Origin: Acidobacteriota bacterium
Lineage (GTDB): Bacteria; Acidobacteriota; CAIWXX01
DNA length: 64,000 nucleotides
Direction of reading: 5' to 3'
Assembly: GCA_040755995.1 (NCBI GenBank)
Contig: JBFMAF010000035.1
Span: forward strand, 192,001-256,000
Part shown: one piece after another, positions 39,106 through 49,470 of the stretch
Layout of the letters: each line of letters begins with the position of its first letter
Numbering within the stretch: position 1 is the stretch's first letter
The notes under the pieces: model-generated
What the model saw: only the letters and a program-made list of their open reading frames with translations
Database searches by the model: none
Told to the model about the DNA's origin: nothing
Translations under genes and position numbers: made by a program

Positions 39106-41256
39106 TTATTCGGCGAGATGTATGCGGAGCAACGCGGCGTAAAGATCCTGCGCCGATGCGGGGCGGCGGTCGGGGCGCTTTGACATGCTGCCGACGATGA
39201 GCCGGTCGAGCGTGTCGGGCAAGTCCGGCCTCAGACTCGCCGGCGCCGGCGGGTCCTGATGCAGGTGCGCGTCGAGCACGTCGCGCGGCGTCCCCGAGAA
39301 CGGCGGGCTCCCGGTGAACATCTCGAACATAACCGCGCCGACCGCATAGAGATCGCTTCGGGCGTCCAGCGGCTCGCATCGCACCTGCTCGGGGCTCATG
39401 TAGCTCGGCGTTCCGACGAGCGCCCCCTCCCGCAACAGCGGATCCGCTATCCTCTCCGACTTGGCGATGCCGAAATCCATGAGCTTCACCGTGCCGTTCG
39501 GCAGCACCATGATGTTCTGCGGCTTGATGTCGCGATGGATGATGCCTGCGTCGTGTACAGCGGCGAGGCCGCGGCAGAGCTGCTTGGCGATCTGCAAGCC
39601 CGGCCCCAGGGCCAGGGCTCCTCGCTTCTCGATCACGTCACGGAGGGTCATGCCCGGCACGTATTCCATCGTGAGGAAGTACACTCCTTGTGCCTCGCCG
39701 AGGTCGTGCACGCGGACCACGTTCGGGTGGCTGATCTTGCGAGCCGTGCGAATCTCGATCTTGACGCTCTGCATGGAGGATGTGCCTGGTCCGAGGGCGT
39801 GCGAGCTCAGCACCTTCAACGCCACCTCCTCTTCCAGCTCCAGGTCGTCCGCCAGGAAGACGGTGCCCATGGCTCCGGCGCCGAGCACGGACCTCACTCG
39901 ATAGCGATTAGCCACGGTCGCGTCCTGCTGAAACACCGGCCTGCCGGCATGCTCGGAGAGCGGAACCTGGGTGGCGGCGTTCGTGGTGCTGGCCCGGCCC
40001 AACGGTACCAGCATCCTCTCGAGGGCGCGCTTCTCTTTCAGCTCGGTCACCATCCCGCGGAAAGCACGCGCGAGCGCGCCGATCTCGCCGCCGGCTCTCT
40101 CGGGCAGCGGGAACTCCAACTCGCCTTCACGGATCCGGCCGGCACCGATCGCGAGCTGCTGCAGCGGTCGCGCCAGCCTGCGGCCGAGCAGAAACGACAC
40201 CGGCGCCGCGACGAGAATCGCCAGACCTCCCACGACGAACAACGTCCGCCGGATCTGCCGGAACGCAGCCAGTTCCTGAGCCATCGATCGCGCCACCACG
40301 AAGGCTCCGTAGGGCTCGCCCGCTGCGCTCTGGATGGGCACTGCCATGCCGATCAGCCGGTCTCCAGCATGGGTCACCTCGAACGGCCCGAAAGACTCGG
40401 CGTTCTCGAACACGCCCTCTACGGCCCCGTCCACCGAGGCGAACGTGCGTGCAAAGTCCTGCGCCTCGAGAAGCCCGGTGGCGACCGACACTGCCACTTC
40501 GGGGCTCGAGCCGCGCCGAGCCCTGTTTACGAGGAAGGCGATGTCGCCGCGCGTCAATCCCTGCAAGGCAGCGGCCTGCCGCTTCTCCAGAGCGAACGAC
40601 GCTGCCAGCACACCGTCGAGATGTGCCATCTCCCCGGCGCCAGATACTACCGGCGTGGCGGCTACCACTGACAGTACATTCCCCTCGAGAATGACGGCGG
40701 TAGATTCATGCCAGGTTCGCAACGGTTCGCTGACCCAGGCCACGCCGCCGAACTGCTGCCCGACTCCCTCGCCTTCCGCACGGTCGCTCCGCGCCAACGA
40801 CGCGGCATCGGGTCCGAACAAGAACACCGTCTTGGCTCCTGCAAGCACCTGCACGGAGTCGAGCGCGAACTCGTGGCGCGTGCTCACGTTGACGCTCGGG
40901 TCGAATATCGCCTTCGTCCCGGGTTCGCCGGCAAGGGAATGGACCTGGTCGGCCAGGCGCATCTCCAGGTCTGAAAGGTAGCTCCGGAAAATCGGGGCAG
41001 CGCGGTCGAGATCGCCGCGAATTGTCTGCTGTGCGATGATCGCCGAACGCCAGTCGATGATGGCGACCGCGATCCCGAGAGCCGCAAGCAGTAGGATTGT
41101 CGCGGCCAGAGAGAAGCGCGTGCCGAGCCCGATCGATCGCAGCCGGTTGGTGCCCGTCGCGCTCACCCACCCTTCGATGCGCCCGGGGACACGTCGCGCG
41201 GGCGACGTCGGAATTACCGCCGGATCGTTTTCGCTAGTAGCGCGTTTCGTCGTCAT
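39106..41256 (-). CDS. Membrane Hanks-type Ser/Thr protein kinase with periplasmic (Cache-like) sensor and HAMP domain
   Basis: TM-periplasmic-TM-HAMP then LGAGAMGTV, VALKVL, HRDIKPQN, DFG, GTPSYMSPE; start estimated. Confidence 0.92.
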   Translation of the reverse strand: MTTKRATSENDPAVIPTSPARRVPGRIEGWVSATGTNRLRSIGLGTRFSLAATILLLAALGIAVAIIDWRSAIIAQQTIRGDLDRAAPIFRSYLSDLEMRLADQVHSLAGEPGTKAIFDPSVNVSTRHEFALDSVQVLAGAKTVFLFGPDAASLARSDRAEGEGVGQQFGGVAWVSEPLRTWHESTAVILEGNVLSVVAATPVVSGAGEMAHLDGVLAASFALEKRQAAALQGLTRGDIAFLVNRARRGSSPEVAVSVATGLLEAQDFARTFASVDGAVEGVFENAESFGPFEVTHAGDRLIGMAVPIQSAAGEPYGAFVVARSMAQELAAFRQIRRTLFVVGGLAILVAAPVSFLLGRRLARPLQQLAIGAGRIREGELEFPLPERAGGEIGALARAFRGMVTELKEKRALERMLVPLGRASTTNAATQVPLSEHAGRPVFQQDATVANRYRVRSVLGAGAMGTVFLADDLELEEEVALKVLSSHALGPGTSSMQSVKIEIRTARKISHPNVVRVHDLGEAQGVYFLTMEYVPGMTLRDVIEKRGALALGPGLQIAKQLCRGLAAVHDAGIIHRDIKPQNIMVLPNGTVKLMDFGIAKSERIADPLLREGALVGTPSYMSPEQVRCEPLDARSDLYAVGAVMFEMFTGSPPFSGTPRDVLDAHLHQDPPAPASLRPDLPDTLDRLIVGSMSKRPDRRPASAQDLYAALLRIHLAE

Positions 41257-42013
41257 CTGGTGGCGGGTAGTCTTTTCCGAACTTGTTCTTGTGAGGCTGC
41301 GGCGTCCATCTCGACACATCGAGCTCGACCCGCGTGTCGGTCAGCACTCCAGGCTGGATCACGATCCTCCGTTCATTCTCGCCGCCCTGCTCGTGCCATG
41401 TCTTCAGCAGCCACGTACCAGCCGGCACGTCCTTCAGCTCAGCGTCACCCGAGGCCGTTGTCTGGGCGAAGAAGTCGCTGTCGACAACCACGAGAACAGC
41501 GCTCATGGTCGGATGGATATTGCAGTAGATCCGGACGATTCCGGGTCTGGCGAATCGAAAAGCGCGCGTTGTTCCGTTGCGATACAGACCGAGGTCGAAA
41601 CGGGCCGCCTCCGAGAGGCTGAAGATGTTGTGATAGATCCGGTCGTAATTGGGGAAGGCGACCGTCGTGCCAACTTTCACCATTTCGACGTGAGGCTCGA
41701 AGCGCTTCTCCCTCTGCGCGATCTCTGCGGCGAGCCGACCGGGCTGTTCTTGCTGGAAAACCCCGGGCAGCCAGACGACGGCGTCGACGCCGGGCTTCTC
41801 CACCGAGTTGCCAGCGAGCAGGACCACGTGCACGCGCAGGCTCCCGGTGCCCTGCGCCGGCGCCTCTTGAGCGCAGAGCAGCAACGATACGATCAGAGCT
41901 GCGACGATGGGCACCAGGGCGGCCACGCTGCGTGCGCTGGCGCTTCCAGCTGCAGGGCAACGGCCGCGCGCCTCAGCCGGCCACGCAAGGTCCTGACCGG
42001 GTTCTTCGAACAT
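41234..42013 (-). CDS. Secreted cupredoxin-like (MauL/plastocyanin-like) protein with carboxypeptidase-regulatory-like flanks
   Basis: IAQREKRFEPHV, FPNYDRIYHNIFS, FDLGLY, YCNIHPTM; true start may be the GTG at 41926. Confidence 0.8.
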   Translation of the reverse strand: MFEEPGQDLAWPAEARGRCPAAGSASARSVAALVPIVAALIVSLLLCAQEAPAQGTGSLRVHVVLLAGNSVEKPGVDAVVWLPGVFQQEQPGRLAAEIAQREKRFEPHVEMVKVGTTVAFPNYDRIYHNIFSLSEAARFDLGLYRNGTTRAFRFARPGIVRIYCNIHPTMSAVLVVVDSDFFAQTTASGDAELKDVPAGTWLLKTWHEQGGENERRIVIQPGVLTDTRVELDVSRWTPQPHKNKFGKDYPPPDDDETRY

Positions 42014-42134
42014 ACGCGACTGAGTCTAAGCGGCAGATCGACGCCTGTCAACGAAGGACCATGCATGCATGTGGCCGGGCCCAGGCAGCAGCGAGGGTTG
42101 CGCATCGCGCGCGGGAGTGTTATGACCATCAGCG

Positions 42135-42872
42135 ATGGAGACGATGAACCACGCCATCCTCTACGAAGATGCCGCCGTCGTCGTTGCGGACAAGCCGGCT
42201 GGAGTAGGTGTGATACCGAGCAGGCAGCCCGGATCGGACGAGACATGCTTTCGTGATGCAGTCAGTCTTCAGCTCGGAATCCGCCTGTTCGTCGTCCATC
42301 GTCTCGACGCGCTGACCAGCGGAGCAGTGCTCTTCGCCAAGAACGCGGATGCACATCGATTCCTCTGCGGATGCTTCGAGGCGGGGCGGATCCGGAAGCG
42401 CTACATCGCGGTGGTGACCGGCCGCCCGCCCGCCAGGACGCGCATCGATGTGCCGTGGCACGCGGCTCGTCGAGGCAAAGCGCGGCCGGCAGAGCGCGGA
42501 GAAGCCGGCGCGCGCCGCTGCGTGACCGATATCATGACGCTGTGCCAATCGCCCGAGGGGGCGCTCGTCGCGGCCTTCCCGCTCACCGGACGCCTGCACC
42601 AGATCCGGATGCACCTGCGCGCTATCGGCTGCCCGATCATCGGCGATCCGCTGTACGGAGTCGGCGCAGCGCGTTCGCACCCTCGACTTCTGCTCCATCA
42701 TCAGGCGATTCGCGTTCCGGCTCCGAGTGGCGACTCGGCCGTGCTAGTGACTTCTCCGCTGTCCCCTGAGATCGTGGCCGCGATCGACTCGTTCGGCCTG
42801 GACGCCGCCACCGCACAGATTACGGGTGATCCCTTCGCGTGCCCGGCTACCTCGCCACGAATAGCAGGGTAA
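42135..42872 (+). CDS. RluA-family RNA pseudouridine synthase
   Basis: DKPAG, VHRLDALTSG, TGRLHQIRMHL, PIIGDPLYG. Confidence 0.92.
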   Translation: METMNHAILYEDAAVVVADKPAGVGVIPSRQPGSDETCFRDAVSLQLGIRLFVVHRLDALTSGAVLFAKNADAHRFLCGCFEAGRIRKRYIAVVTGRPPARTRIDVPWHAARRGKARPAERGEAGARRCVTDIMTLCQSPEGALVAAFPLTGRLHQIRMHLRAIGCPIIGDPLYGVGAARSHPRLLLHHQAIRVPAPSGDSAVLVTSPLSPEIVAAIDSFGLDAATAQITGDPFACPATSPRIAG

Positions 42873-43737
42873 CTCCCGCCACCGACACCAAGGTGCCAAG
42901 CACGGCCCGGAACGTGACTCGCTCATGCAACGCGAAGTGGGAGACCGGCAGCAGGATGATCGGGGCAAGGGACATCAAGGTGGATGCGATGCCTATGTGG
43001 GTATGCGCCACGGCATAGAGTGAGAGGACCACGCCGAAGACGGGCCCCGCAAGTGTGCCGAGAGAGGTGGCCGCGAGCGCACGCGGGTCTCGCATCTTGC
43101 GGAAGTCCGACGCCGCCTGCCTGCGCATCGCGGCGACGGCCCCGATGATCAGGGTGGCAGCGGCCAGGCGGATGAGGTTCGCGGAGAAAGGCGAGAGGCC
43201 GCCAGCCATGCCGACCTTGGAGAGCAGCAGCCCGCCCGCCTGTCCGGCGGCTCCTCCGACTCCCATCAGGATGCCGGCCAGGCGGTAGCGTGTGCCGCTC
43301 CGCTGCTCCTCGTTGGTCTCCGCAACAACCACCGCGATCCCGGCCAACGTCACTCCGATTGCGATGATCTGCAAGACGCTCAGAGTCTCGCCCAGAAAGA
43401 CCCAACCGAGCAATGCGCCCATGATCGGCGCAAGCGTCATGATGAGCATCGACAGTCGGGCTCCGATGTGGACAAAGGACTCGAACAACAGGCTGTCGCC
43501 GATGGCGAAGCCCACCAACCCCGAGAGCGCCATCCAGAAGAGCTCGGTTCGCCGGGCGCCGAATGGGAACGGCGTGCCGAGAAGCAGCAGATGGATCACG
43601 GAGAGGAGGAGCAGGGCCAACCACAGACGGACGTGATTAACCGTAGGCGAGCCGGCCCGCTCGCCTGCCTTGCCGAACGCAACCGAGCTACACGACCAGC
43701 AAACCGATGTCAGCAACGCCGCCGTCTCACCGATCAT
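42847..43737 (-). CDS. DMT/EamA-family transporter
   Basis: 10 TM in two EamA repeats; SGLVGFAIGD, GIASTLMSLAPI. Confidence 0.9.
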   Translation of the reverse strand: MIGETAALLTSVCWSCSSVAFGKAGERAGSPTVNHVRLWLALLLLSVIHLLLLGTPFPFGARRTELFWMALSGLVGFAIGDSLLFESFVHIGARLSMLIMTLAPIMGALLGWVFLGETLSVLQIIAIGVTLAGIAVVVAETNEEQRSGTRYRLAGILMGVGGAAGQAGGLLLSKVGMAGGLSPFSANLIRLAAATLIIGAVAAMRRQAASDFRKMRDPRALAATSLGTLAGPVFGVVLSLYAVAHTHIGIASTLMSLAPIILLPVSHFALHERVTFRAVLGTLVSVAGVTLLFVAR

Positions 43738-43905
43738 GTCTCACCTGCTAGGCGCCGCATGATATCACCGGCCGGGCGTTCCCCGAAGCCCCGGCCGGAT
43801 GCACATGCAGCGCGATCCGATTGGCGGCGAATTCCCGCGCCGAGGTTTCGACGTGGGTATTGAGCAGTGAGCAGGACTGGCCGTGGCCGACCGGCTAGCC
43901 CCAGC

Positions 43906-45570
43906 TCACCGGAACTTGTTCGAAATCTTGTTGTTCGTCTCGTCGTCCTCTGCGACCGTCTTGCCGCTGTCGACATCGGCGATCACGTACTTGTCTTTGG
44001 CTCCCGGCGTCGCGCGCAATTTGAACGAGTATGTCGCGAAGGCTGCCAGTCCGGGGACGTTCACGGTCTTGACGAGCGTCGCTTTGCGCCCGGTGGCGTT
44101 CTTCTTCGAGAAGTAGACCTTGATGGTGAAGGGGCCGGCGGCGGCAGCTCCGTTGTTCACGCACTTGAAGGTTCCCTTCAGCTTCGATCTCTTGAATCCG
44201 ACGCTGCTCCAGGAACCGGTCAGATCGGGTGCGGCCGGCGAGCTGCAGAACGACGTGACCGCGGCCGGTGTCGCGTAGGGAACGGCCGCGGAATCGACTC
44301 CCACAGCGGCGGTATTGACCGTCGTTGCGGTGGTCGCAGTCGCAGCTATCGAGGGCTGAGTCGGGGTGATCGCGGTGTTCTGAATGTTGCAGGAAGGATC
44401 GATGTCCCCGTTGGAGTCTGTTCGGCTTATCAGAACGGCCTGTTTGGACGCGAGAGTAGTTCCTCCGGCAAATGCGAAGCCTCCATCAGGCAGCAATCTC
44501 ACTCGGGTGTAGCTGTCGTTCGCAGAGGGGCTGCCTGCCTGTTCTTGCCAAGTGACCGCGCCGCCGGCGCCAAGCTTCACGGCCCACGCATTGTAGCCCA
44601 TCGCCCCCACGTTCAGCTCTCCGGCGGCGATGTAGCCGCCGTCGCTCGCCTGCCGGACATCGCTCAGAAACGGATACTCCGGTGCCGATTGCGCAACGAA
44701 CGTGTGCCATGCAACGGCTCCGGTGGGCGTCAGCTTCAGGATACTGCTATCGAGCATCGCTCCGCCCAGCGCGGCGCTCAGGATGTAGCCGCCGTCGGAG
44801 GTTTGCTGGATGCTGTTCACCCACCCCATGATGCCGTTTCCATAGCCCATCTGCCACTTGATGTTGCCGGACAAGTCGATCTTGAGGCACCAGATCTGGG
44901 TATTCGGGCTGGCAAAGGAGCTGCTGGTACCTCCCACGATGAAGCAGTTGTCCGACGTCAGCTCCATCCAATCGCCTCCGTCGCGACCGGCGCCACCGAA
45001 CGCTTTCTGCCAGGTGAGGTTTCCGGATGCGTCGAGTCTCAGGCACCACAAGTCCTGATCGCCTGTGCCGAAGGATCCTGTGGAGCCCACGACGATGTAG
45101 CCGCCTCCGGGAAGTACCGCGCAAGAGCTCCCGAAGTCAGGAGCCGTTCCGCCATACGTCTTCTGCCAGATGATGTTGCCGTACGCGCCGAGCAGGAGGC
45201 ACCAGAGGTTGGCGTCACCTGCGCCATACGACATCGTGTAGCCCGTCACAAAGTAGCTGCCGTCGTCGAGTGGACACACATCACGGAAGGTGTCGAACTT
45301 CCCCGTTGTCCCGTATCCCCATTGCCAGGAGACATTCCCCAGGGCATCGAGCTTCGCGCACCACGCATCGATCTCACCCAACAGGCTTCGGTACCCAACT
45401 GCAATGTAGCCGCCGTCACTGGTAGGCTCGATCGAAGTGACGTAGTAGTTCATGGTGGATTCCCCGATCCCTTCCGCCCACCGCGCGGCAGCATCTGACG
45501 TGCCCGCAGCTAGCAGCACGACCAAGCCGGTCAATGCGAAGACGCTCAGGCGGGATTTCATCTTGGTCAT
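43906..45570 (-). CDS. Secreted beta-propeller repeat protein with C-terminal CARDB domain
   Basis: Repeated TSDGGYI.VG / W.LKLD..GN..WQK.YGG; APDLTG...N.G...AGPF...VAEDDETNN; GGAGGAG RBS. Confidence 0.85.
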   Translation of the reverse strand: MTKMKSRLSVFALTGLVVLLAAGTSDAAARWAEGIGESTMNYYVTSIEPTSDGGYIAVGYRSLLGEIDAWCAKLDALGNVSWQWGYGTTGKFDTFRDVCPLDDGSYFVTGYTMSYGAGDANLWCLLLGAYGNIIWQKTYGGTAPDFGSSCAVLPGGGYIVVGSTGSFGTGDQDLWCLRLDASGNLTWQKAFGGAGRDGGDWMELTSDNCFIVGGTSSSFASPNTQIWCLKIDLSGNIKWQMGYGNGIMGWVNSIQQTSDGGYILSAALGGAMLDSSILKLTPTGAVAWHTFVAQSAPEYPFLSDVRQASDGGYIAAGELNVGAMGYNAWAVKLGAGGAVTWQEQAGSPSANDSYTRVRLLPDGGFAFAGGTTLASKQAVLISRTDSNGDIDPSCNIQNTAITPTQPSIAATATTATTVNTAAVGVDSAAVPYATPAAVTSFCSSPAAPDLTGSWSSVGFKRSKLKGTFKCVNNGAAAAGPFTIKVYFSKKNATGRKATLVKTVNVPGLAAFATYSFKLRATPGAKDKYVIADVDSGKTVAEDDETNNKISNKFR

Positions 45571-45658
45571 CACGACTCCTCCTTCGGTTCGGTCCTGGTC
45601 AACGTCCACGTGCATCGCGCCGCGCGCGATCTAGTGCCTGCCACACATGCTGGGAATT

Positions 45659-45674
45659 TGCACAATCTGTGCCA
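45659..45674 (-). promoter_or_regulatory. Possible sigma54 promoter (or palindromic operator) for the CARDB gene
   Basis: Minus strand TGGCACAGATTGTGCA = GG-N10-GC; also contains the inverted repeat GCACA-N3-TGTGC. Confidence 0.45.
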
Positions 45675-45867
45675 CATCATACCACGGTCGCCGCGCATGG
45701 TTTCCAATGACTTCGTCAGACGTTGGGATGGGGGGGCCGTGTAGCTCCGTACACACCATAGAACCATCGGTCACGGCTGCAATCCGTGAAAAAGCGCATC
45801 CGCGCAGACGATTCGGCGTGTGTACTCCTGTCCGCACGGCCTGGGTACGGTCGTTCCCAGCACAGGT

Positions 45868-47283
45868 CTACTCCTTTTCAGTCTGAGGTTCCCGCACCGT
45901 GGGCTGGACGCGCCGCTCCGGCTCCACGCTCAGTGCGCCTTCTGCGACTGAAGACGCGATGCTCAGGGCTCCACCGGCGGCCGCACTATCAGCTAGCGAC
46001 AGCATCCCCTGACCCACCTTACCAGTCCTCTCCCGGATCGCAGCGATGGCCTGTCGAGCCCTCGGTCTCAGCTCAGGCTGCTCGCCATACTCAATGTCGA
46101 TCAGCGCCAGGATGTCGTCGACCGTGCCGCACTCGCCGAGGGCCGCTATGGCTGCGCATCTGACTTCGGTCTCGGTGTTTTCGAGCGCCTTGAGCAGGGA
46201 GCGCCGCGCAGCTGGGGTGCCGGTGCGTCCGAGGGCACACGCCGCGGCCAGTCTGACATCTGCATCTCGCGCGCCGAGCAGCAGGTCACTCAGTGCATCC
46301 ACGCTCCCCGTATCTCGCATCTTACCCAGGGCCTCGACCCCTGCTAAGACCACCTCATTCTCGGGCCGCACGAGAGCTGCACGAATAGCACTCGGTGCGG
46401 CTGCCCCGGAGGTCGCGCCGAGTGCACGCACGGCGCGCAAGCCGAGCGGGGTGGGCGCGGAGAGGGCGGCCTCGGCGAGCATCTGGATGCCCCATTCTCC
46501 CAGCGCCTCCCCTGCGCGAATCGTCATGTCCCACGATTGGAGGGACGGGACCTGCCCTAGAGCATCCCGGACTGCCTGCGTCTGCGGCAGGGTCAATAGC
46601 ATGTCGAGGTTCTTCGAGCGCACCGACTCCTTTGACTCCGCGAACAGATTCTCGATCAGGCGTCTCTCAGTGGTTCCTTCGCGAGTCAATCGATCGGTCA
46701 ATCCAGCGGCTCTGGATATGGACGCGGTGAGCTCGTCCAGCTCGCTCAGAGTCAGCAGATTCGCGTCGGAGTGCATGCCTGACTGATCTATGGTCCATCC
46801 TTGGGCCCCAACCAGCTCGATCATCAGCGAGCGAGTCTCCGCGTCGAGAAGGCCGACTATGCCGGGCACGTCCTCCCCGGCGACGACAACGAGCGCGTCG
46901 AAGGCGTCGTCACCCACGTTGATGTCCGCGTGCGAGACTGTCTTCCACAGTGTTGCTGCGAATCCCTCGGGGGCAACCCGCATGGGGACGGGGAATCCCC
47001 CTGGCGGACTGGTGTGTACCGCAACCGTTCCTTGCCGGCCGGGTCCTATTTCAACTCGCAGCTCCTGGCCCAACAACTTGCCGGAAGCCACCAGGGACCC
47101 GGCGTCGGGGAACCCAGCGCTGCGAGGCTGCGTGTGCAGCCCCATCTGCTTCACCCACTGCATCACTCGTTGGTCGACATCGTCGCCCTCCGATCTGACC
47201 TGCCTAATCACCCACACGCAGAAGGCTGCGCCAACCAGGCCGATCGGGACGAGGATCAGAAGCGGCAAGGATTCCGGGTCCAT
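45868..47283 (-). CDS. Membrane-anchored HEAT-repeat protein
   Basis: N-terminal TM; VRLAAACALG, VRCAAIAALG repeats; start estimated. Confidence 0.8.
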   Translation of the reverse strand: MDPESLPLLILVPIGLVGAAFCVWVIRQVRSEGDDVDQRVMQWVKQMGLHTQPRSAGFPDAGSLVASGKLLGQELRVEIGPGRQGTVAVHTSPPGGFPVPMRVAPEGFAATLWKTVSHADINVGDDAFDALVVVAGEDVPGIVGLLDAETRSLMIELVGAQGWTIDQSGMHSDANLLTLSELDELTASISRAAGLTDRLTREGTTERRLIENLFAESKESVRSKNLDMLLTLPQTQAVRDALGQVPSLQSWDMTIRAGEALGEWGIQMLAEAALSAPTPLGLRAVRALGATSGAAAPSAIRAALVRPENEVVLAGVEALGKMRDTGSVDALSDLLLGARDADVRLAAACALGRTGTPAARRSLLKALENTETEVRCAAIAALGECGTVDDILALIDIEYGEQPELRPRARQAIAAIRERTGKVGQGMLSLADSAAAGGALSIASSVAEGALSVEPERRVQPTVREPQTEKE

Positions 47284-47324
47284 CCAGGTGCAACTCCTCG
47301 TGCGTACGAGTATGACGATCGGTG

Positions 47325-48428
47325 TCAGTTGCGAACGCGGGGTGGTCTCGCGGCCGGCGGCCGGCTCTCCAGAGAATCGCTCCATTCCGGCGCACTCGCC
47401 GTGGATGCGTCGTCGCGGTTGACCTCTTCGAGCGAGCTCGCCACTGCATCCATTTCATGGTCGAGCTTTTCGAGGCCGCGGCGGAGGCCTGCGCCCGCAA
47501 CATCGGCGGATGCGGAGTCGGCCGAGCGGGCGCGCAGGACCTGGGTGTGAAGGCTCTCGAGCGCGTACAGTATGCGCGTGCCTTCGGCCTCCAGGCGCGC
47601 CGCCGCCGTGAGCAGGTCGGCTCGCTGGGAGATCTGCGCGTCCAGGGCTCGGAGCGCATCCGAGAGGCGCCTGCGCACCACCTCGTCCTGCTCCGCTGCG
47701 ATCCGCCGATCGAGCTCGTCGTGTTCCCGGCGCAAGCGGTTGTCGTCCTCGGCCTTGACCGCGGAACGCAACTCGAGCTCACGCTTCGCAAGATCTCTAC
47801 ATGCCTGTCGCAGCGACTCGACCGTCTTCTCCGGGGTGCCGATGACGTCGCTGACCGTTCGCGGCGCGGTCTTGAGATCGGCCAGGATTCTTCCGCACAC
47901 TGCTTCCGCGCGAGCCAGACGCGCACCGATCGCCTCCGCAACGGCTTTATCAGCGGGCGAAACCGAAGGGACCTGCGGTCGAGCCGTCTCGGCTTCCGGC
48001 GCCGGAAGCGCCGCCTGCCGGCGACGATGGAGGCCGCGGGCGATGAGCGAGGTCGAGGCCATGGCGAATCCGAAGGCCGGGAACAACAGCCACCAGAGTC
48101 CCGGTTGAGTCAATGCGACGAACACCATCGCGGCCGCGGCGCCGCCGAATACGATCCCCTGCGGCAGGCTCGCCGCCCGGTGCTCCTCGCGCCGACGCCT
48201 TCGTTCCGCCTCGCGACGTGCGTGCCGATCGAGCCGGCTCTCCATCCGCTCGGCGGCCCTGTCTATGATGTGAGCGCTCGCCGCGGCTGCGATTGTTTCG
48301 ACCAGCCGCGCGTGCGAATGGTGGCCCTTGGCAAGGGCTTCGTTGATGCGCTGCGCCGACGCCTCGAATCGCCTCGCCCAGTCCTCCACCTGTCTGGCCC
48401 ACGGCGGACTTTGTCTATCCTCAGCCAT
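47325..48428 (-). CDS. Hypothetical membrane protein with two TMs and long coiled coils
   Basis: 367-aa ORF; hydrophobic hairpin followed by heptad-rich region. Confidence 0.75.
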   Translation of the reverse strand: MAEDRQSPPWARQVEDWARRFEASAQRINEALAKGHHSHARLVETIAAAASAHIIDRAAERMESRLDRHARREAERRRRREEHRAASLPQGIVFGGAAAAMVFVALTQPGLWWLLFPAFGFAMASTSLIARGLHRRRQAALPAPEAETARPQVPSVSPADKAVAEAIGARLARAEAVCGRILADLKTAPRTVSDVIGTPEKTVESLRQACRDLAKRELELRSAVKAEDDNRLRREHDELDRRIAAEQDEVVRRRLSDALRALDAQISQRADLLTAAARLEAEGTRILYALESLHTQVLRARSADSASADVAGAGLRRGLEKLDHEMDAVASSLEEVNRDDASTASAPEWSDSLESRPPAARPPRVRN

Positions 48429-48579
48429 GGACGCCTGCTCGAGAGAATAGCCGATCTCTCACGGGGCAATGATGAGCGGCCGTGGCGCGGATGTCAAGCA
48501 TCGAGCGACAAATCCGGCGGTTGCCAATCTGCGTTCTTGTGGTGAGAGAGAGAGGTGATGCTGCGTGCGATCGATAGAG

Positions 48580-49428
48580 ATGGTTGCCCTGCTGCTCATT
48601 TGCGTCTTCGGCCACGCGGGATGTCCCGGGGAGATTGGGTTCAACACGCAAGCTCCACCTGCGCCGGCCGCAAATGCCCCGTACACGGGCACGCTGGAGT
48701 CACGCATTCCACCGCCACCTGGATTCCGGAGGGTACCGGTGGAGCCCGAGAGTTTCGCGGCCGCTCTGCGCCGGCTGCCCCTCAAGCCCCTGGGTTCTCC
48801 CGTTCTGCTCTATGACGGCCGGCCGACGTCTCGACAGGATGTCCACGCCGCAGTCGTCGACATGCCGATCGGCAATCGCGACATCCACCAGTGCGCCGAT
48901 GCGGTGATACACCTCAGAGCCGAGTATCTCCGGTCTGCTGGCAGGCAGGACGAGATCTCCTTCAGATTCGTGTCAGGCTTCCGAGCGTCGTGGCCTCGCT
49001 GGAAAGAGGGTTGGCGGCCGATCGTTCACGGCAATCGCGTCAACGAACGCGAGACCGAGGCGCCGGACGCATCGGAACGGGCTTTTCGGGCCTACATGGA
49101 GACTGTGTTCCAATATGCCAACACATACTCGCTTGCGAACGAGATGCAGGCAGTCCAGAGCGTCCGCGACATGAGGATCGGCGACGTCTTCGTCCGCGGA
49201 GGTTTCCCCGGTCACGCGGCGATCGTAGCCGACATGGCAGAGAGCTCGGACGATTCGCGCGTCTTCCTGCTGCTCCAGAGCTACATGCCGGCTCAGGAGA
49301 TCCACGTGCTCAAGAACCCGGCGGACGGCGGTGCCTGGTATCCTGTCGATTTCGACCGGGTCCTCAACACGCCTGAGTGGACGTTCGTCGCAGCAGACCT
49401 TCATCGATTCGCGCAAGAGCGGTCGTGA
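48580..49428 (+). CDS. DUF4846 family protein
   Basis: RIPPPPGFRR, HQCADAVIHLRAEYL, GDVFVRGGFPGHA, QSYMPAQEIHVLKNP. Confidence 0.85.
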   Translation: MVALLLICVFGHAGCPGEIGFNTQAPPAPAANAPYTGTLESRIPPPPGFRRVPVEPESFAAALRRLPLKPLGSPVLLYDGRPTSRQDVHAAVVDMPIGNRDIHQCADAVIHLRAEYLRSAGRQDEISFRFVSGFRASWPRWKEGWRPIVHGNRVNERETEAPDASERAFRAYMETVFQYANTYSLANEMQAVQSVRDMRIGDVFVRGGFPGHAAIVADMAESSDDSRVFLLLQSYMPAQEIHVLKNPADGGAWYPVDFDRVLNTPEWTFVAADLHRFAQERS

Positions 49429-49470
49429 GGAGGCGGTGTTTCGGACGGAGCCTGACGACGAAGGTGATTC

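Noticed and set aside
43867..45498. 543-aa plus-strand ORF and similar long antisense or alternate-frame ORFs (e.g. 39259-40671, 59746-61047, 60494-62170, 19125-20432)
   Set aside because: Shadows of well-supported genes caused by high GC3; no motifs, and Arg/Gly/Ala-rich composition
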